Position numbers and translations under genes: made by a program
Notes under the pieces: generated by a model
The model's input: only the letters and a program-made list of their open reading frames with translations
What the model was told of the DNA's origin: nothing
Databases searched by the model: none
Assembly (NCBI GenBank): GCA_036271095.1
Contig: DATBBG010000060.1
Coordinates: 16,253 to 80,252, forward strand
Direction: 5' to 3'
Origin: Solirubrobacteraceae bacterium
GTDB taxonomy: Bacteria > Actinomycetota > Thermoleophilia > Solirubrobacterales > Solirubrobacteraceae
Length of the DNA: 64,000 nt
Part shown: piece by piece, positions 44,814 through 55,500 of the stretch
Numbering within the stretch: the first letter of the stretch is position 1
Layout: the number at the start of each line of letters is the position of its first letter

Positions 44814-47204
44814 GTGCGTGACGACCTGATGGCCGTGATCGGAGTGCTCGCGGTGACGTGGGTGAGCAGTCTTGGCTGCGGCCTCGCGCTGGAGCGAGTC
44901 CTGCGCGTGCGCATCGCCAACGGGCTGCTGCTGCCGCTCGGGCTCTGCCTCTCGATCGTTCTGATCATGCCCGGCTACACGGCCGGCGCCGGAGCCGGCC
45001 TCGCCGTCGCGCTGCTCGTGCTCGTCGCCGTCGCCGGGCTCGTGTTCGCGCGTGACGGGTTGCTGGCGCGCCTGAACCCCGGCTGGCCGGGCCTGGCTGG
45101 AATCGGCGTCTATGTGATCTACATGCTGCCCGTGATCGCGCATGGCCACTGGACCTGGTCGGGCTATGACTTCGTCAACGACTCCGGCTTCGAGATGCTG
45201 CTGGCGGAGCACATCAAGGGCTTCGGCACGACGCTCGGAAACATCCCCGAGACGAGCGAGCGCGAGTTCCTGGCGTCGTATCTGTCCTCGGGCTATCCGC
45301 TCGGCACGCAGGCGCTGCTGGGGACGTTCAGCGGCCTCACCGACACGTCCGTCGCGGTGCTCTACCAAGGCTTCATCTCGGCCCTCGCCGCGGTCGCGGC
45401 GATCTCGCTCGCATCGCTCAGCTCGCGCCTGCTCGGCGGCCCGCGCGCCGCGCTCGCCGCGTTCATCGCGGTCGCCGCGAACCTGACCTTCCAGTACGCG
45501 TTGCAGGGCGGGATCAAGGAGATCGGGCTGCTCGCGACGCTGTGTGCGACCGCCGCGCTCGCACACGAGGCGATGTCGTTGAAGCGGCCGTATGGCGCAG
45601 CGGTTCTCGTCGCAGTCGGCGCCGCGGCGGCGCTGGCTACGTACAACGCCGTCGCGGTTCCGTACCTCGCCGCGATTGCGCTGTTCCTCGCGCTCGGCCT
45701 CGCGTTCGTCAAGCGCGTGCCGATCGGCCGCGCGTGGCTCGGCCCGGCGGCCTTCGGGCTCGCTCTGACCGCCGCGCTGGCGGTGCCGACGTTGACCACG
45801 CTGCGTACGTTCTTCAACGTCGCGCAGGCCGGGCAGGGCGCGACCGGCGTCGGCGCGACGCAGCTCGGCCAATTGCTGCGGCCGCTGCCGCTGAGCCAAA
45901 TCAGCGGCGTCTGGCTCGCCGGCGAATACCGCTTCCCCGTGATCCCGGAGCCGGCGGCGACGCTGACGGTGATTGCGACAATCGCGATCTTCGCGCTGAT
46001 CCTGCCCGGCGTACTGTGGTCGCTGCGACGCCGTGACTCCGGCCCGCTGCTGCTGCTCGGCGCCGTGGCGCTCGTGCTGGTTGTCGTCTATCCGCGCGTG
46101 AGCCCGTACGCACAGGGCAAGCTGCTGGCGATCGGCGGCCCGGCGGTGCTGCTCGGCGCGCTCGTCGCGCTGCTCGCCGTACGTGGACGGATCGCTCCGG
46201 TGGCACTGCTGCTGACTGCCGCGCTCGGCGTCGCCGTGCTCGCGTCCGACGTGCTCGCCTACAGCTGGGATCGCGTCGCGCCGACGCGGCGAATCGAAGC
46301 GATCGCGCAGACGGGCAAGCAGTTCAAGGGCGAAGGCCCCGTGCTCTGGAACGAGTTCGAGGAGTACGCCAAGTTCTTTGCGCGCGAAGCGAAGATCAGC
46401 GTGCCATTCGAGGCGCTGACGCCGCAACAGGTGCAGCTACGCAACCCGACCTACTTCTACGGTCACTATTTCGACCTCGACGAAGAGACGCTTCCATTCG
46501 TCGAGGGCTATCCGATCATCGTCACGCGCCGCTCGCCCGCAGCCAGCCGGCCGCCGGCGAACTACAGCCTCGTCTACCAGAACCAGTTCTACCTCGGCTG
46601 GCGCCGGCACGCGCGCCCGCAGGTGCTGGCGCACCTGCCGTTGCAAGAACTGTATGCGCCGACACAGCCGGTCAAATGCCGCACGCTCAGCGCGATCGTC
46701 GCGAGCGCGCCGAAGGGCGCCGAACTGGTCGCCGCCGAACCGCCCGAACTGGCCTTCTTCGAACCGCTCTACTCGCGCGACCGCTCCTACGGCTGGGGTA
46801 TCGATCCGGCCGAGCACGGCGCCGTGCTGCCGAACCTGCCGGGGCACGCCGGCGGCCTGCTGGCCGTGCGCGGCGGCCGCTACGGCGTCTGGGTTCAAGG
46901 CGACTTCCCGCGCCGCGTCTACGTCGCCGTCGACGGCCGCCTCGTCGGCTCGGTCTCCGGAGCGAACACGCCCGGGCAGTGGCTGAAGGCGGCGACCGTC
47001 GCGCTCGGCCCCGGCAAGCACGACGTCGAGGTCTTTCGCAAGGCCGGGCGCAACCACCTCGGCCCCGGCGAATGGGGGATCGGGACGATCGGCGCGACGG
47101 CACTGCAGCGCGAAGCGCCCGAGCGGCTGCATACGCTCGCGCTCAGCCGCTGGCGCACGCTCTGCGGCGAGCGGCTCGACTGGGTGGAGCTCGTCCGTCC
47201 GTGA
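44814..47204 (+). CDS. Large polytopic membrane protein, probable GT-C glycosyltransferase with extracellular C-terminal domain
   Basis: Many TMs, early loop with ND and GYPLG, soluble C-terminal region; lies within the glycan locus. Confidence 0.65.
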   Translation: MRDDLMAVIGVLAVTWVSSLGCGLALERVLRVRIANGLLLPLGLCLSIVLIMPGYTAGAGAGLAVALLVLVAVAGLVFARDGLLARLNPGWPGLAGIGVYVIYMLPVIAHGHWTWSGYDFVNDSGFEMLLAEHIKGFGTTLGNIPETSEREFLASYLSSGYPLGTQALLGTFSGLTDTSVAVLYQGFISALAAVAAISLASLSSRLLGGPRAALAAFIAVAANLTFQYALQGGIKEIGLLATLCATAALAHEAMSLKRPYGAAVLVAVGAAAALATYNAVAVPYLAAIALFLALGLAFVKRVPIGRAWLGPAAFGLALTAALAVPTLTTLRTFFNVAQAGQGATGVGATQLGQLLRPLPLSQISGVWLAGEYRFPVIPEPAATLTVIATIAIFALILPGVLWSLRRRDSGPLLLLGAVALVLVVVYPRVSPYAQGKLLAIGGPAVLLGALVALLAVRGRIAPVALLLTAALGVAVLASDVLAYSWDRVAPTRRIEAIAQTGKQFKGEGPVLWNEFEEYAKFFAREAKISVPFEALTPQQVQLRNPTYFYGHYFDLDEETLPFVEGYPIIVTRRSPAASRPPANYSLVYQNQFYLGWRRHARPQVLAHLPLQELYAPTQPVKCRTLSAIVASAPKGAELVAAEPPELAFFEPLYSRDRSYGWGIDPAEHGAVLPNLPGHAGGLLAVRGGRYGVWVQGDFPRRVYVAVDGRLVGSVSGANTPGQWLKAATVALGPGKHDVEVFRKAGRNHLGPGEWGIGTIGATALQREAPERLHTLALSRWRTLCGERLDWVELVRP

Positions 47205-47917
47205 GCGACGCGCGATCGGAGCCGACCGCCGCCGCCGCTGCTGCTGCGGCTGAGAGGCGGCGGCGCTACGGCCTCACGCCGGTGCGCGTCGTCGTCGGCG
47301 TCGGGCTGCTGGCCATCGCGATCGCTGCCGTCGCGATCCTCGCCCAGCGCGCGCAGCGGCGCTCGGGGACGAACCTGACTGCCGACACCGGCTACGTGAT
47401 CCCGTTGGGCGCAGGCGAGCAGCTGTGCGAGCCGGGTGAGCTGCTGCCGGGCGATACCGGCGCGCTGCGTCTCAGCGCCAGCAGCGGCGCCTCGCCGGGC
47501 GGGCGCCTGCGCGCGAGCGTCGCTGACGCGCAAGGGCTCACGGTCAGCACCGGAGCGCTCGCGCCGGGCTGGCGCACCGGCGTCGTCACGATCCCGATCT
47601 CGCGCATCGCACGGACGCTGCCGGGTGCGCTCGTCTGCCTTCTCAACGAAGGCGCGCGAATCTCGCTCGGCGGATCCGTGCCCGACGCGAACTTCTACGT
47701 CGTCCTCGGCGGCAAGCCGCTGAGCGGTCGGATGCGGATCGAATACATGCGGCCCGGTCGCGAGTCGTGGTTCGCGCTGCTGGGCACGCTCGCCTATCGC
47801 TTCTCGCTGGCGAAGGCCGATCTCGTTCGGCACTGGGCCGTGGCGGCTGTGATCGTGCTGATGCTGATCGCAATCGTCCTCACGACGCGCGTGATCCTGC
47901 GCGAGGAGCCATCGTGA
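47201..47917 (+). CDS. Two-TM protein with an extracytoplasmic beta domain, function unknown
   Basis: GTGA-coupled on both sides; N- and C-terminal hydrophobic helices. Confidence 0.7.
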   Translation: MSDARSEPTAAAAAAAAERRRRYGLTPVRVVVGVGLLAIAIAAVAILAQRAQRRSGTNLTADTGYVIPLGAGEQLCEPGELLPGDTGALRLSASSGASPGGRLRASVADAQGLTVSTGALAPGWRTGVVTIPISRIARTLPGALVCLLNEGARISLGGSVPDANFYVVLGGKPLSGRMRIEYMRPGRESWFALLGTLAYRFSLAKADLVRHWAVAAVIVLMLIAIVLTTRVILREEPS

Positions 47918-49386
47918 GCGCCGCCGCGCGTCGCGTGCTCAGGCGCGTCCCACGCGCCGCGTGGGCGTGTGCGATCGTCGCGCTCGCCAACGGCTTGGCG
48001 TGGTCGCTGATCGTGCCGCCGTTTCAGGTGCCCGACGAGAACGCGCACTACGCCTACGTGCAGCAGGTCGCCGAACGCGGGACGCTGCCGCGACAGCTTC
48101 CGCCCGGCTCCGGGCTCTCGCCGCGCGAGGATCAGACGTTGAACGCGCTGCTCACCTTCGGCATCGTCGGGCACCGCGACAACCCAGCTCCGGAGACCGA
48201 AGTCCAGCAGCAGGTGCTCGACCAGATCGCCGCCGCGAAGCTGCCGGCGAAGGGCAGCGGCGACGCGCTCGCGGCGACGCCGAACCCGCCGCTCTACTAC
48301 GCGCTGCAGGCGATCCCGTACAAGCTCGTCGGCAGCGGCAAGGTGCTCGACAAACTCCAGGCGATGCGCTTCCTGTCGGCGCTGATGGGCGCGCTGACGG
48401 TGCTGCTCGTATTCATGTTCCTGCGCGAGCTGCTGCCGGCCTCGCGCTGGGCTTGGCCGGCCGGCGCGCTGCTCGTCGCCTTCCAGCCGTTGTTCGGCTT
48501 CATCTCCGGCGGCGTCAACAACGATGACCTGCTGTACCTCGCCGCGGCTGGACTGCTGTGGGCGATCGCACGTGCGTTCCGACGCGGGTTGACACCGGCG
48601 CGCGGAGCGCTGATCGGCGGCTTTCTCACGGTCGGGCTGGTGACGAAGTTCACGATGCTCGGCTTCGTGCCGGCGGCGATCCTCGCCGTGCTGCTGCTCG
48701 CGCGCCGTGCCTGGCGCGGCGACCGCGCACAGGCGCTCGGCGGTCTGGCCTGGGCCGTCGGCCTCGGCGCCGCGCCGGTGATCGTCTACGTCGCGCTCAA
48801 CCACTTCGTCTGGAAGCGCAGCGCGATCCCCGGAGGCGTCGGCAGCGTGGCCGGCACGAACGATCGCGTGTTCAGCTTCCGCGAAGAGGTCAGCCACGTC
48901 TGGCAGCTGTTCCTGCCGCACCTGTGGTTCAACCGCCAGTTCAGCTACTCGCCGTTCTGGGAAACCTGGTTCAGGGGCCTCGTCGGGCGCTTCGGCTGGC
49001 TCGACTACGACTTCCCGGCGTGGGTCTACGAAGTCGTCAAGTACGTCGCGCTCGTGATCTGCCTGCTCGCCGCCGGCGAGCTCGTGCGCGGCCGCGACGC
49101 GCTGCGCCGCCGCCTCGGCGAGCTGTCGGTCTATGTGCTCGCCGTCGCCGGTCTGTGCGTCGTCATCGGCGTGCAGTCCTACCGCTTCCTCGTCGCCAAC
49201 AACGGCGTCTTCGAGCAGCCGCGCTACCTGCTGCCGCTGCTGTGCCTGTACGCAGCGATCGCGGCGCTCGCGGTGCGTTTCGGCGGACGGCGATGGGGGC
49301 CGGTGCTCGGCGCCGCGCTCGTCGTGCTCGCAATCGGCCACGACCTCTACGCGCAGGCGATCACGATCGCGCGGTACTACGCATGA
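47914..49386 (+). CDS. DUF2142-like GT-C membrane glycosyltransferase
   Basis: PPFQVPDE..H..Y, PPLYY, VNND, QPRYLLP. Confidence 0.82.
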   Translation: MSAAARRVLRRVPRAAWACAIVALANGLAWSLIVPPFQVPDENAHYAYVQQVAERGTLPRQLPPGSGLSPREDQTLNALLTFGIVGHRDNPAPETEVQQQVLDQIAAAKLPAKGSGDALAATPNPPLYYALQAIPYKLVGSGKVLDKLQAMRFLSALMGALTVLLVFMFLRELLPASRWAWPAGALLVAFQPLFGFISGGVNNDDLLYLAAAGLLWAIARAFRRGLTPARGALIGGFLTVGLVTKFTMLGFVPAAILAVLLLARRAWRGDRAQALGGLAWAVGLGAAPVIVYVALNHFVWKRSAIPGGVGSVAGTNDRVFSFREEVSHVWQLFLPHLWFNRQFSYSPFWETWFRGLVGRFGWLDYDFPAWVYEVVKYVALVICLLAAGELVRGRDALRRRLGELSVYVLAVAGLCVVIGVQSYRFLVANNGVFEQPRYLLPLLCLYAAIAALAVRFGGRRWGPVLGAALVVLAIGHDLYAQAITIARYYA

Positions 49387-50399
49387 GCGCCGTCACGGTC
49401 GCGATCCCGGTGCGCGACGGCGGCGAGCTGCTGCGCCGGACGCTTGGCGCGCTGGCGCGCCAGACGGTCGCGCACGAGCTGCTCGTCTGCGACTCCGGCT
49501 CGCGCGACGGCTCGGTCGCGATCGCGCGCGAGCACGGCGCGCGCGTGCTCGAGATCGCGCCGGAGCAGTTCAGCCACGGCGGCACGCGCAACCTGTTGAT
49601 GCGTGAGGCGAGCGGCGCGCACGTCGCGCTGCTGACGCAGGACGCCGAGCCTGCCCGCGAGGATTGGCTCGAGCGGCTGCTCGCGGGCTTTGCGCTCGCC
49701 GACGACGTCGCGATCGTCTGCGGTCCCTACCGTCCGCGCGCGGACGCCTCGTTTCCCGTCCGCGTCGAACTCGAGAGCTGGTTTCAGTCGCTCTCGCCTG
49801 ACGGCGCCGCGACGATCGATCGGCTCGCCGTCGAGGAGCGCTCGCTGCCGGCGATCGAGCTCGTCGGCCGGCGTGGCTTCTTCACCGACGTGAACGCCTG
49901 CATCGCGCGCGCCGCCTGGGAGCGCGTGCCGTTTCGCGAGGTGCCATACGCCGAGGATCGCGTGCTCGCGCTGGACATGCTGCGTGCCGGTTATGCGAAG
50001 GCGTTCCTGCCGGACGCGCCGGTCGATCACTCGCATGAGTACACCTCGCTGCAGGCGCTGCGGCGCTGCTTCGACGAGTGGCGCGCACTGCTCGAGGTCT
50101 ACGGCTGGCGCGAGCCTGCCGACCCGGCGAGCATCGCGCGTCGCCTCCGTGGCGAGCTGGCCGGCGCGCGAGCTGCGCTCGCGAGCGACGCTACGGCGCA
50201 GTCGACCAGCCGCGCTAGGCTCGCGGCCGTGATCTCACATCACTCGATCCGCCTGCTCGGCGCGCTGCTCGGCTCGCGCGCCGATCGGCTGCCCGCGCCG
50301 CTGCGCCGAGCGCTGTCGCTCGAGCGCCGTGCGAGCTTCCTTCCACTCGCTTCAGCCACGCCGTCGAGCACCGGTGCGATGCAGGGGCCGCGCCGATGA
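49383..50399 (+). CDS. Glycosyltransferase family 2 (rhamnosyltransferase-like)
   Basis: DSGSRDGS, FSHGGTRN, LTQDA, AED, HSH. Confidence 0.88.
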   Translation: MSAVTVAIPVRDGGELLRRTLGALARQTVAHELLVCDSGSRDGSVAIAREHGARVLEIAPEQFSHGGTRNLLMREASGAHVALLTQDAEPAREDWLERLLAGFALADDVAIVCGPYRPRADASFPVRVELESWFQSLSPDGAATIDRLAVEERSLPAIELVGRRGFFTDVNACIARAAWERVPFREVPYAEDRVLALDMLRAGYAKAFLPDAPVDHSHEYTSLQALRRCFDEWRALLEVYGWREPADPASIARRLRGELAGARAALASDATAQSTSRARLAAVISHHSIRLLGALLGSRADRLPAPLRRALSLERRASFLPLASATPSSTGAMQGPRR

Positions 50400-52528
50400 G
50401 AGACGCCGAGCGCACCCGTGCCACCGACGCCGATCGCGTGGGCGATGGTGAGCGCCGCCGCGACTCCAAGCCGCCGATCGCTGCGCCCGATGAGATCGAG
50501 GCACACGCGATCGATGGCGAGTTCTCCGGGCCGCTCGCGGGGCTGCGCCGCCGGATCTACCTGACCGTCCACTACCTCGGATGGCGCACGCTGCTGTTCC
50601 GGCTGCTCACCTTCCCGCTGCGCTTCACGCCGCTGAAGCGGCGCCTGCAGCTGCGTTCGCGGACCGGGCACGACTCCTATCGCCGTGCCGTCGCGTGGTA
50701 TCGCGAGCACGGCAAGCCGGTCGACGTCGTGATCCCGAGCTATCGCGACGCCGAGCTCGTCGCGGCGCTCGTCAAGAGCATTCGCGCGACCGTCCCGAGC
50801 GGGCGCGCGCGGATCATCGTCGCCGACGACGCCAGTGGCGCCGAGAGCGTCGCGGCGCTGCGCGCGATCGACGGCATCGAGCTGATCGAGGGCGAGCACA
50901 ACAGCGGCTTTGCCGCAAACGTCAATCGCGGACTGCGCGCGACCGATCCGCGCCGCGACGTCGTCGTTCTGAACTCTGACACCGAAGCGCGCGCCGGTTG
51001 GCTCGCGTGCCTGCAGTACGCCGCCTCGCAGGAGGACGACGTCGGCATCGTCGGCGCGCGGCTGCTCTATCCCGACGGGCGGATCCAGTTCGCCGGCACC
51101 GTGCGCAACCTCGGTGCGCCGGAGTGGTTCGACCACCGCTACCGCTTCAAGCCCGGCGACTGGGGGCCGGCGGCGATCGCCAGCCCGGCGCTGGCCGTGA
51201 CCGGCGCCTGCATGTACGTCACGCGCGCCACGATCGAGCGTGTCGGGCTGCTCGACGAGGACTATCCGATGGCCTACGAGGACGTCGACTGGTGCCTGCG
51301 TGCGTGGCAGGCCGGTCTGCGCGTGATGTACTTCCCGGCGGCCAGCCTCTATCACCACGAGTCCGTCACGCGCGGCACCGACGTCGGTGAGCGCGAGGCG
51401 GCCTCGCAGCGAATCTTCTGGGAGCGCTGGGGCGAGTTCTTCGATGCGCGCGACGTGCGCACGGCCGGCGGCAAGCTGCGGATCGCCTACGTCACCGAGG
51501 GCACCGGCATCGGCGGCGGGCATCGCGACATCTTCGAGCACCTCAACCGGCTCGCCGCGCGCGGGCACGAGGTTGCGCTGTACACGCTCGGCGAGGAGCC
51601 GGACTGGTTCGAGCTGGACGTGCCCGTGTACAGCTTCGAGTTCTACGACGAACTGATCGAGGCGCTCGCGCCGCTGCACGCGATCAAGGTCGCGACGTGG
51701 TGGAACACGGCCGCGCCGGTCTGGTACGCGAGCGTGCTCAGCGGCATCCCGGTCTACTTCGTGCAGGACATCGAGACCTCGTACTACCCCGACGACGAGA
51801 GCGCGCGCCACGCCGTGCTCGACTCCTATCGTCCGGAGTTCCGCTACATGACGATCTCCTCATGGAATCGCGAGCGCCTGCGCGAGCTCGGGCTCGACGC
51901 CGAGTTGATCCCGCCGGGCATCGACCTCGAGAACTTCCGCCCGCGCGACGATCTCGCGCGCCGCGAGGACATGGTGCTCGCGCTCGGGCGCTCGAACCCG
52001 TTGAAGAACCTGCCGCTGACGATCGATGCGTGGAAGGCGCTGAGCGAAGACGCACAGCTCGGCTCGGTCCCCGAGCTGTGCCTGTTCGGCCACGAGCCGG
52101 AGCTCGCCGACGAGCCCGGCATCAGCCACGTCGAGTCGCCCGACGACGAGCAGGTCAACGAGTTGTTCAACGCGGCGACCGTGTTCGTCCAGACCTCGAC
52201 GCACGAGGGCTTTGCGCTGCCGCCGCTGGAGGCGATGGCGACCGGCTGCGCGGTCGTCTGCACCGATGCGCACGGCAACCGCGACTTCTGCGTCGACGGC
52301 GAGAACTGCCTGATGCCCGAGCCGCGCATCGAGGCAGTGTCAGCCGCGCTCGGCCGACTGCTCGGCGATCGCGAGTTGCGCGAGCGCCTCGGCCGGGCCG
52401 GGATCGAGACTGCGGCCGACTACGCCTGGGAGCGGCGGATCGACGCGCTGGAGGACTTCTTCTCGAGCGTCGCGCGCCCGAATCGGCTCGAGCTCGAGGC
52501 CGACCAGCCGGCCAGCTCGGCCGGCTAG
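50396..52528 (+). CDS. Bifunctional GT2-GT4 glycosyltransferase
   Basis: GT2 (DDAS, GFAANVN, LNSD, EDVDWC) followed by GT4 (GGG.R, FVQD.E, EGFALPPLEAM). Confidence 0.9.
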   Translation: MRDAERTRATDADRVGDGERRRDSKPPIAAPDEIEAHAIDGEFSGPLAGLRRRIYLTVHYLGWRTLLFRLLTFPLRFTPLKRRLQLRSRTGHDSYRRAVAWYREHGKPVDVVIPSYRDAELVAALVKSIRATVPSGRARIIVADDASGAESVAALRAIDGIELIEGEHNSGFAANVNRGLRATDPRRDVVVLNSDTEARAGWLACLQYAASQEDDVGIVGARLLYPDGRIQFAGTVRNLGAPEWFDHRYRFKPGDWGPAAIASPALAVTGACMYVTRATIERVGLLDEDYPMAYEDVDWCLRAWQAGLRVMYFPAASLYHHESVTRGTDVGEREAASQRIFWERWGEFFDARDVRTAGGKLRIAYVTEGTGIGGGHRDIFEHLNRLAARGHEVALYTLGEEPDWFELDVPVYSFEFYDELIEALAPLHAIKVATWWNTAAPVWYASVLSGIPVYFVQDIETSYYPDDESARHAVLDSYRPEFRYMTISSWNRERLRELGLDAELIPPGIDLENFRPRDDLARREDMVLALGRSNPLKNLPLTIDAWKALSEDAQLGSVPELCLFGHEPELADEPGISHVESPDDEQVNELFNAATVFVQTSTHEGFALPPLEAMATGCAVVCTDAHGNRDFCVDGENCLMPEPRIEAVSAALGRLLGDRELRERLGRAGIETAADYAWERRIDALEDFFSSVARPNRLELEADQPASSAG

Positions 52529-55500
52529 GGCTCCTCGCCGGGAGCGCTTGCCTCTCCGGCCAGCTGCTCGCGCATGTGCTCGACGTTGGCCCAGGCGAAG
52601 TGCAGTTCGAAGTCCGATCGCGAGGTCGGCGGTTGCTCCGGCGCCGTCGCGCCGCCGCCGCGCGTCAGCCGGTAGGCGAGCTGCACGGGGCCGAGCAGCA
52701 GGCGGCGCAACAGGGGGCGTCTCAGCGCCGCCGCGAGCGAGCGCTGAGCGTTCGGCGAAAGGACGGCGGCGGGTCCGGCGAGCGTGCGCGTGTCGGGCGT
52801 AAGGCTCTGCCACAGCTCGGCGTACTTGCGTTCGAGCTCCTCGCGCTCGCGCTCGACGTCGAGCAGCTGCTCGGCCATCCGCGCCGCCTCGCGCGCCGGC
52901 GATGCGGCCGCCGCGAAGTAGACGTCGATCAGCGACTCGGCCGTCGACTGCCACGTCAGCGGTCCCGCCGCGCGGCGGATCGCGCGGACGTGCTCCGCGA
53001 TCGCGTCGGGGCTCGCGAGCAGCCCGGCGACGCGCTCAGCGCTCTCGCGCGCGTTCCAGGCGACGAGCGTCGCGAGATCGCTCGGCAGCAGCTCGGCGAG
53101 CGCCGTCTGCGAGGCGAACAGGCATGGACGGCCATGGTCGGCAGCCTCGAACGGCATCAGGCCGAACCCCTCGTACGTGGTCGGATAGAGGACCGCGAGA
53201 CAGTGATCGAGCAGCCACTGCTTCTCGGCCTCGTCGACCGCCGGGAGTGTCAGCACCGACTCGGCCAGCTCCGGTCGGGTGGCGAGGTAAGCGGCCTCTT
53301 CGCCTGCGGAGGACCCCTCGCTGACGCGCGGGCCGGCGAGCACGAGGCGGCCCGTCCAACCTTGCTCCTCGCGCAGCTCCTGCAACAGTCGCAGCGCGAA
53401 CATGCGGTTCTTGTGGCGGAAGTCGGTGCCCAGGCACAGCAGGAACTCGCGATCGTCAAGCGACTCCGCTTTTCGGGGAGTGCGTGGCTGATCGACTCGC
53501 ATCGACTCGGCGTGGTCGACGCCGATGTAGACGACGCGAGCGCGGTCCGGTTCGACGAGATCCTCGCTGAGCGCGTCCTTCAGCGCGTGATGAGAGAAGA
53601 ACACGACGCGATCGGCGAGCGTCAGCGCCTCGCGCGTGAGGCGGCGATGGCGCTCCCATTGCGGGTAGCCGGCGAAGTAGCCCGGGTTGCGATAGGCGAT
53701 CAGATCCTGGTGGGTGATCACCTGGCGTTCGCCGGCGCAGCGCAGGATCAGCAGGTCATCGACGTTGTTGACCTGGTAGGGGCGGTGCGCCACGTCGGTC
53801 TTGTCCATCGCCGCGTGAACGTCGGTATGGGCGATCAGCTGGACGCCCGGCAGCTTGGCGAGCTCACTCGAGGCGTAGCCGCCGAGGTCGGGCGGCACGA
53901 TCAGGCGCACGCCGACCTGCGCTGTCGCGTCGAGCGCTCTGACCAGCTGCAGCGTATGGACCTGCGTTCCGGTCACCAGCGGCCCCAGGCAGCGACCGTC
54001 GATCGTCACCGTCAGTCCTACCATCGCGCGCTTCGCCGAGGCGAGCGCGCGCGGTAGCCGGCCGAACTCGGCCGTCGCGGCAGCGGCTGTCGCGCGCTCG
54101 TAGTAGGGGTAGCGCGCCTCGACGATCCGATCGTGCTCTCGCTGGATCGGGTTGCTCGATCCGTCCGCGCCGAACGAGCCGCCGGCGTGGTGCAGCACGA
54201 ACACGTCGTCGGCCGCGACGTGGACGAGTCCCTGGAGCACGCAGCGCTGTGAGAAGTCGACCTCCTCGCCATAGCCGGGCGAGAAGGCGAGGTCGAAGCC
54301 GCCGACGAGGTCGAGCGCCTGGCGGCGGATGTACATGCAATGGCCGATTGCCGTCGGCAGGTTCGGATAGAAGCGCGGTGAGAGCTTGCGCACGGCTTCG
54401 GCGGTCTCCGCCAGGTCCTGCTGCTGAGGGATCCCCGGAAGCGGCTGATTGCGCCGCGGCACCGAGAGGATCGTTCCGTGGTTGGTCAGCGCCGAGGCGG
54501 TCGCGACGAGCGCGTCGGAGTACGCGGCGCGGCGCAAGCCGTCGAGCCAGCCGTCGGCGACGACGCAGTCGCTGTTGAGCACGACGATGTCCGCTGGATC
54601 GCTCGCCGCGAACGCCGCATTGACGTTGCCGGGGAAACCGAGGTTGTGCGGCTGGCGCAGGTAGCTGAGCTCGTGGCGCAGCGTGCCCTGCAGCGAATGC
54701 ACGAAGGCCGCGATCGCGGGATCGGGGCTGGCGTCGTCGGCGACCAGGATCGGAACGTCGGCGGGAGTGTTGGCAAGCACGCTCGTCAGGCACTCGGCGA
54801 ACAGCTCGGGTGCGCCGTAGACGGGGATGCAGACGACTGTCTCGCCGCGCTGCGCTCCGATCGACTCGTCGGGCGCCAGCTCGCGCAGGCCGCCGCTGCG
54901 CGGCGAGCGCTCACGTTCGCGCAGCAGCGAGAGCACGTCATGCCGATCGCGCTCGGCGATCTCGCGCGCCCAGTCGAGATATGCGTCGCGATCGGCGCCG
55001 AGGATCTCCGGGAAGCGCTCGCGCAGCTCCGCGCTCGCGGCATGCCGGGCGCGCAGGTAGCGAGTGATTGAGCCATCGGGTGAGCCGGCGTCGGGCGCGG
55101 CGAGCCAATCCAACAGTTCTCGCTCGCCGTCGAGTGTGAACGGCGTCTCGCGCACGGCGCCGATTCGCTGGGCGCGATCCCACAGCTCACGCAACTCGCC
55201 GCTCAGGGCTGCGCCGCTCGCGGTGCTCGCGAAGCCGTATGGCCACTGCCGGCAGTGCTCGTGCCCGCACGCCGTCAAGCGCGCGGCGAACTCGGAGCAG
55301 AGCCGCGCCAGCGCGGGCTCTTCAGCCAGTGCCGTCCTGCTGTCGTACTTGCTCAGGCGTCCCGGTCGCGCAGGCTCGAAGCCAGTGAAGTGGAACGTGC
55401 GCAGCGGCACGCCGTCGACGCTCACGGTGCCGTCGGCGAGCTCGAAGCTGCTCGTCGCCGCGCGCCAGTAGCCGGTATTGACGCCGGGATCGCGCCAGCG

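Noticed and set aside
51697-54057. 786-aa plus-strand ORF and other long Arg/Ala-rich ORFs
   Set aside because: Off-frame or antisense to well-supported glycosyltransferases, with low-complexity composition
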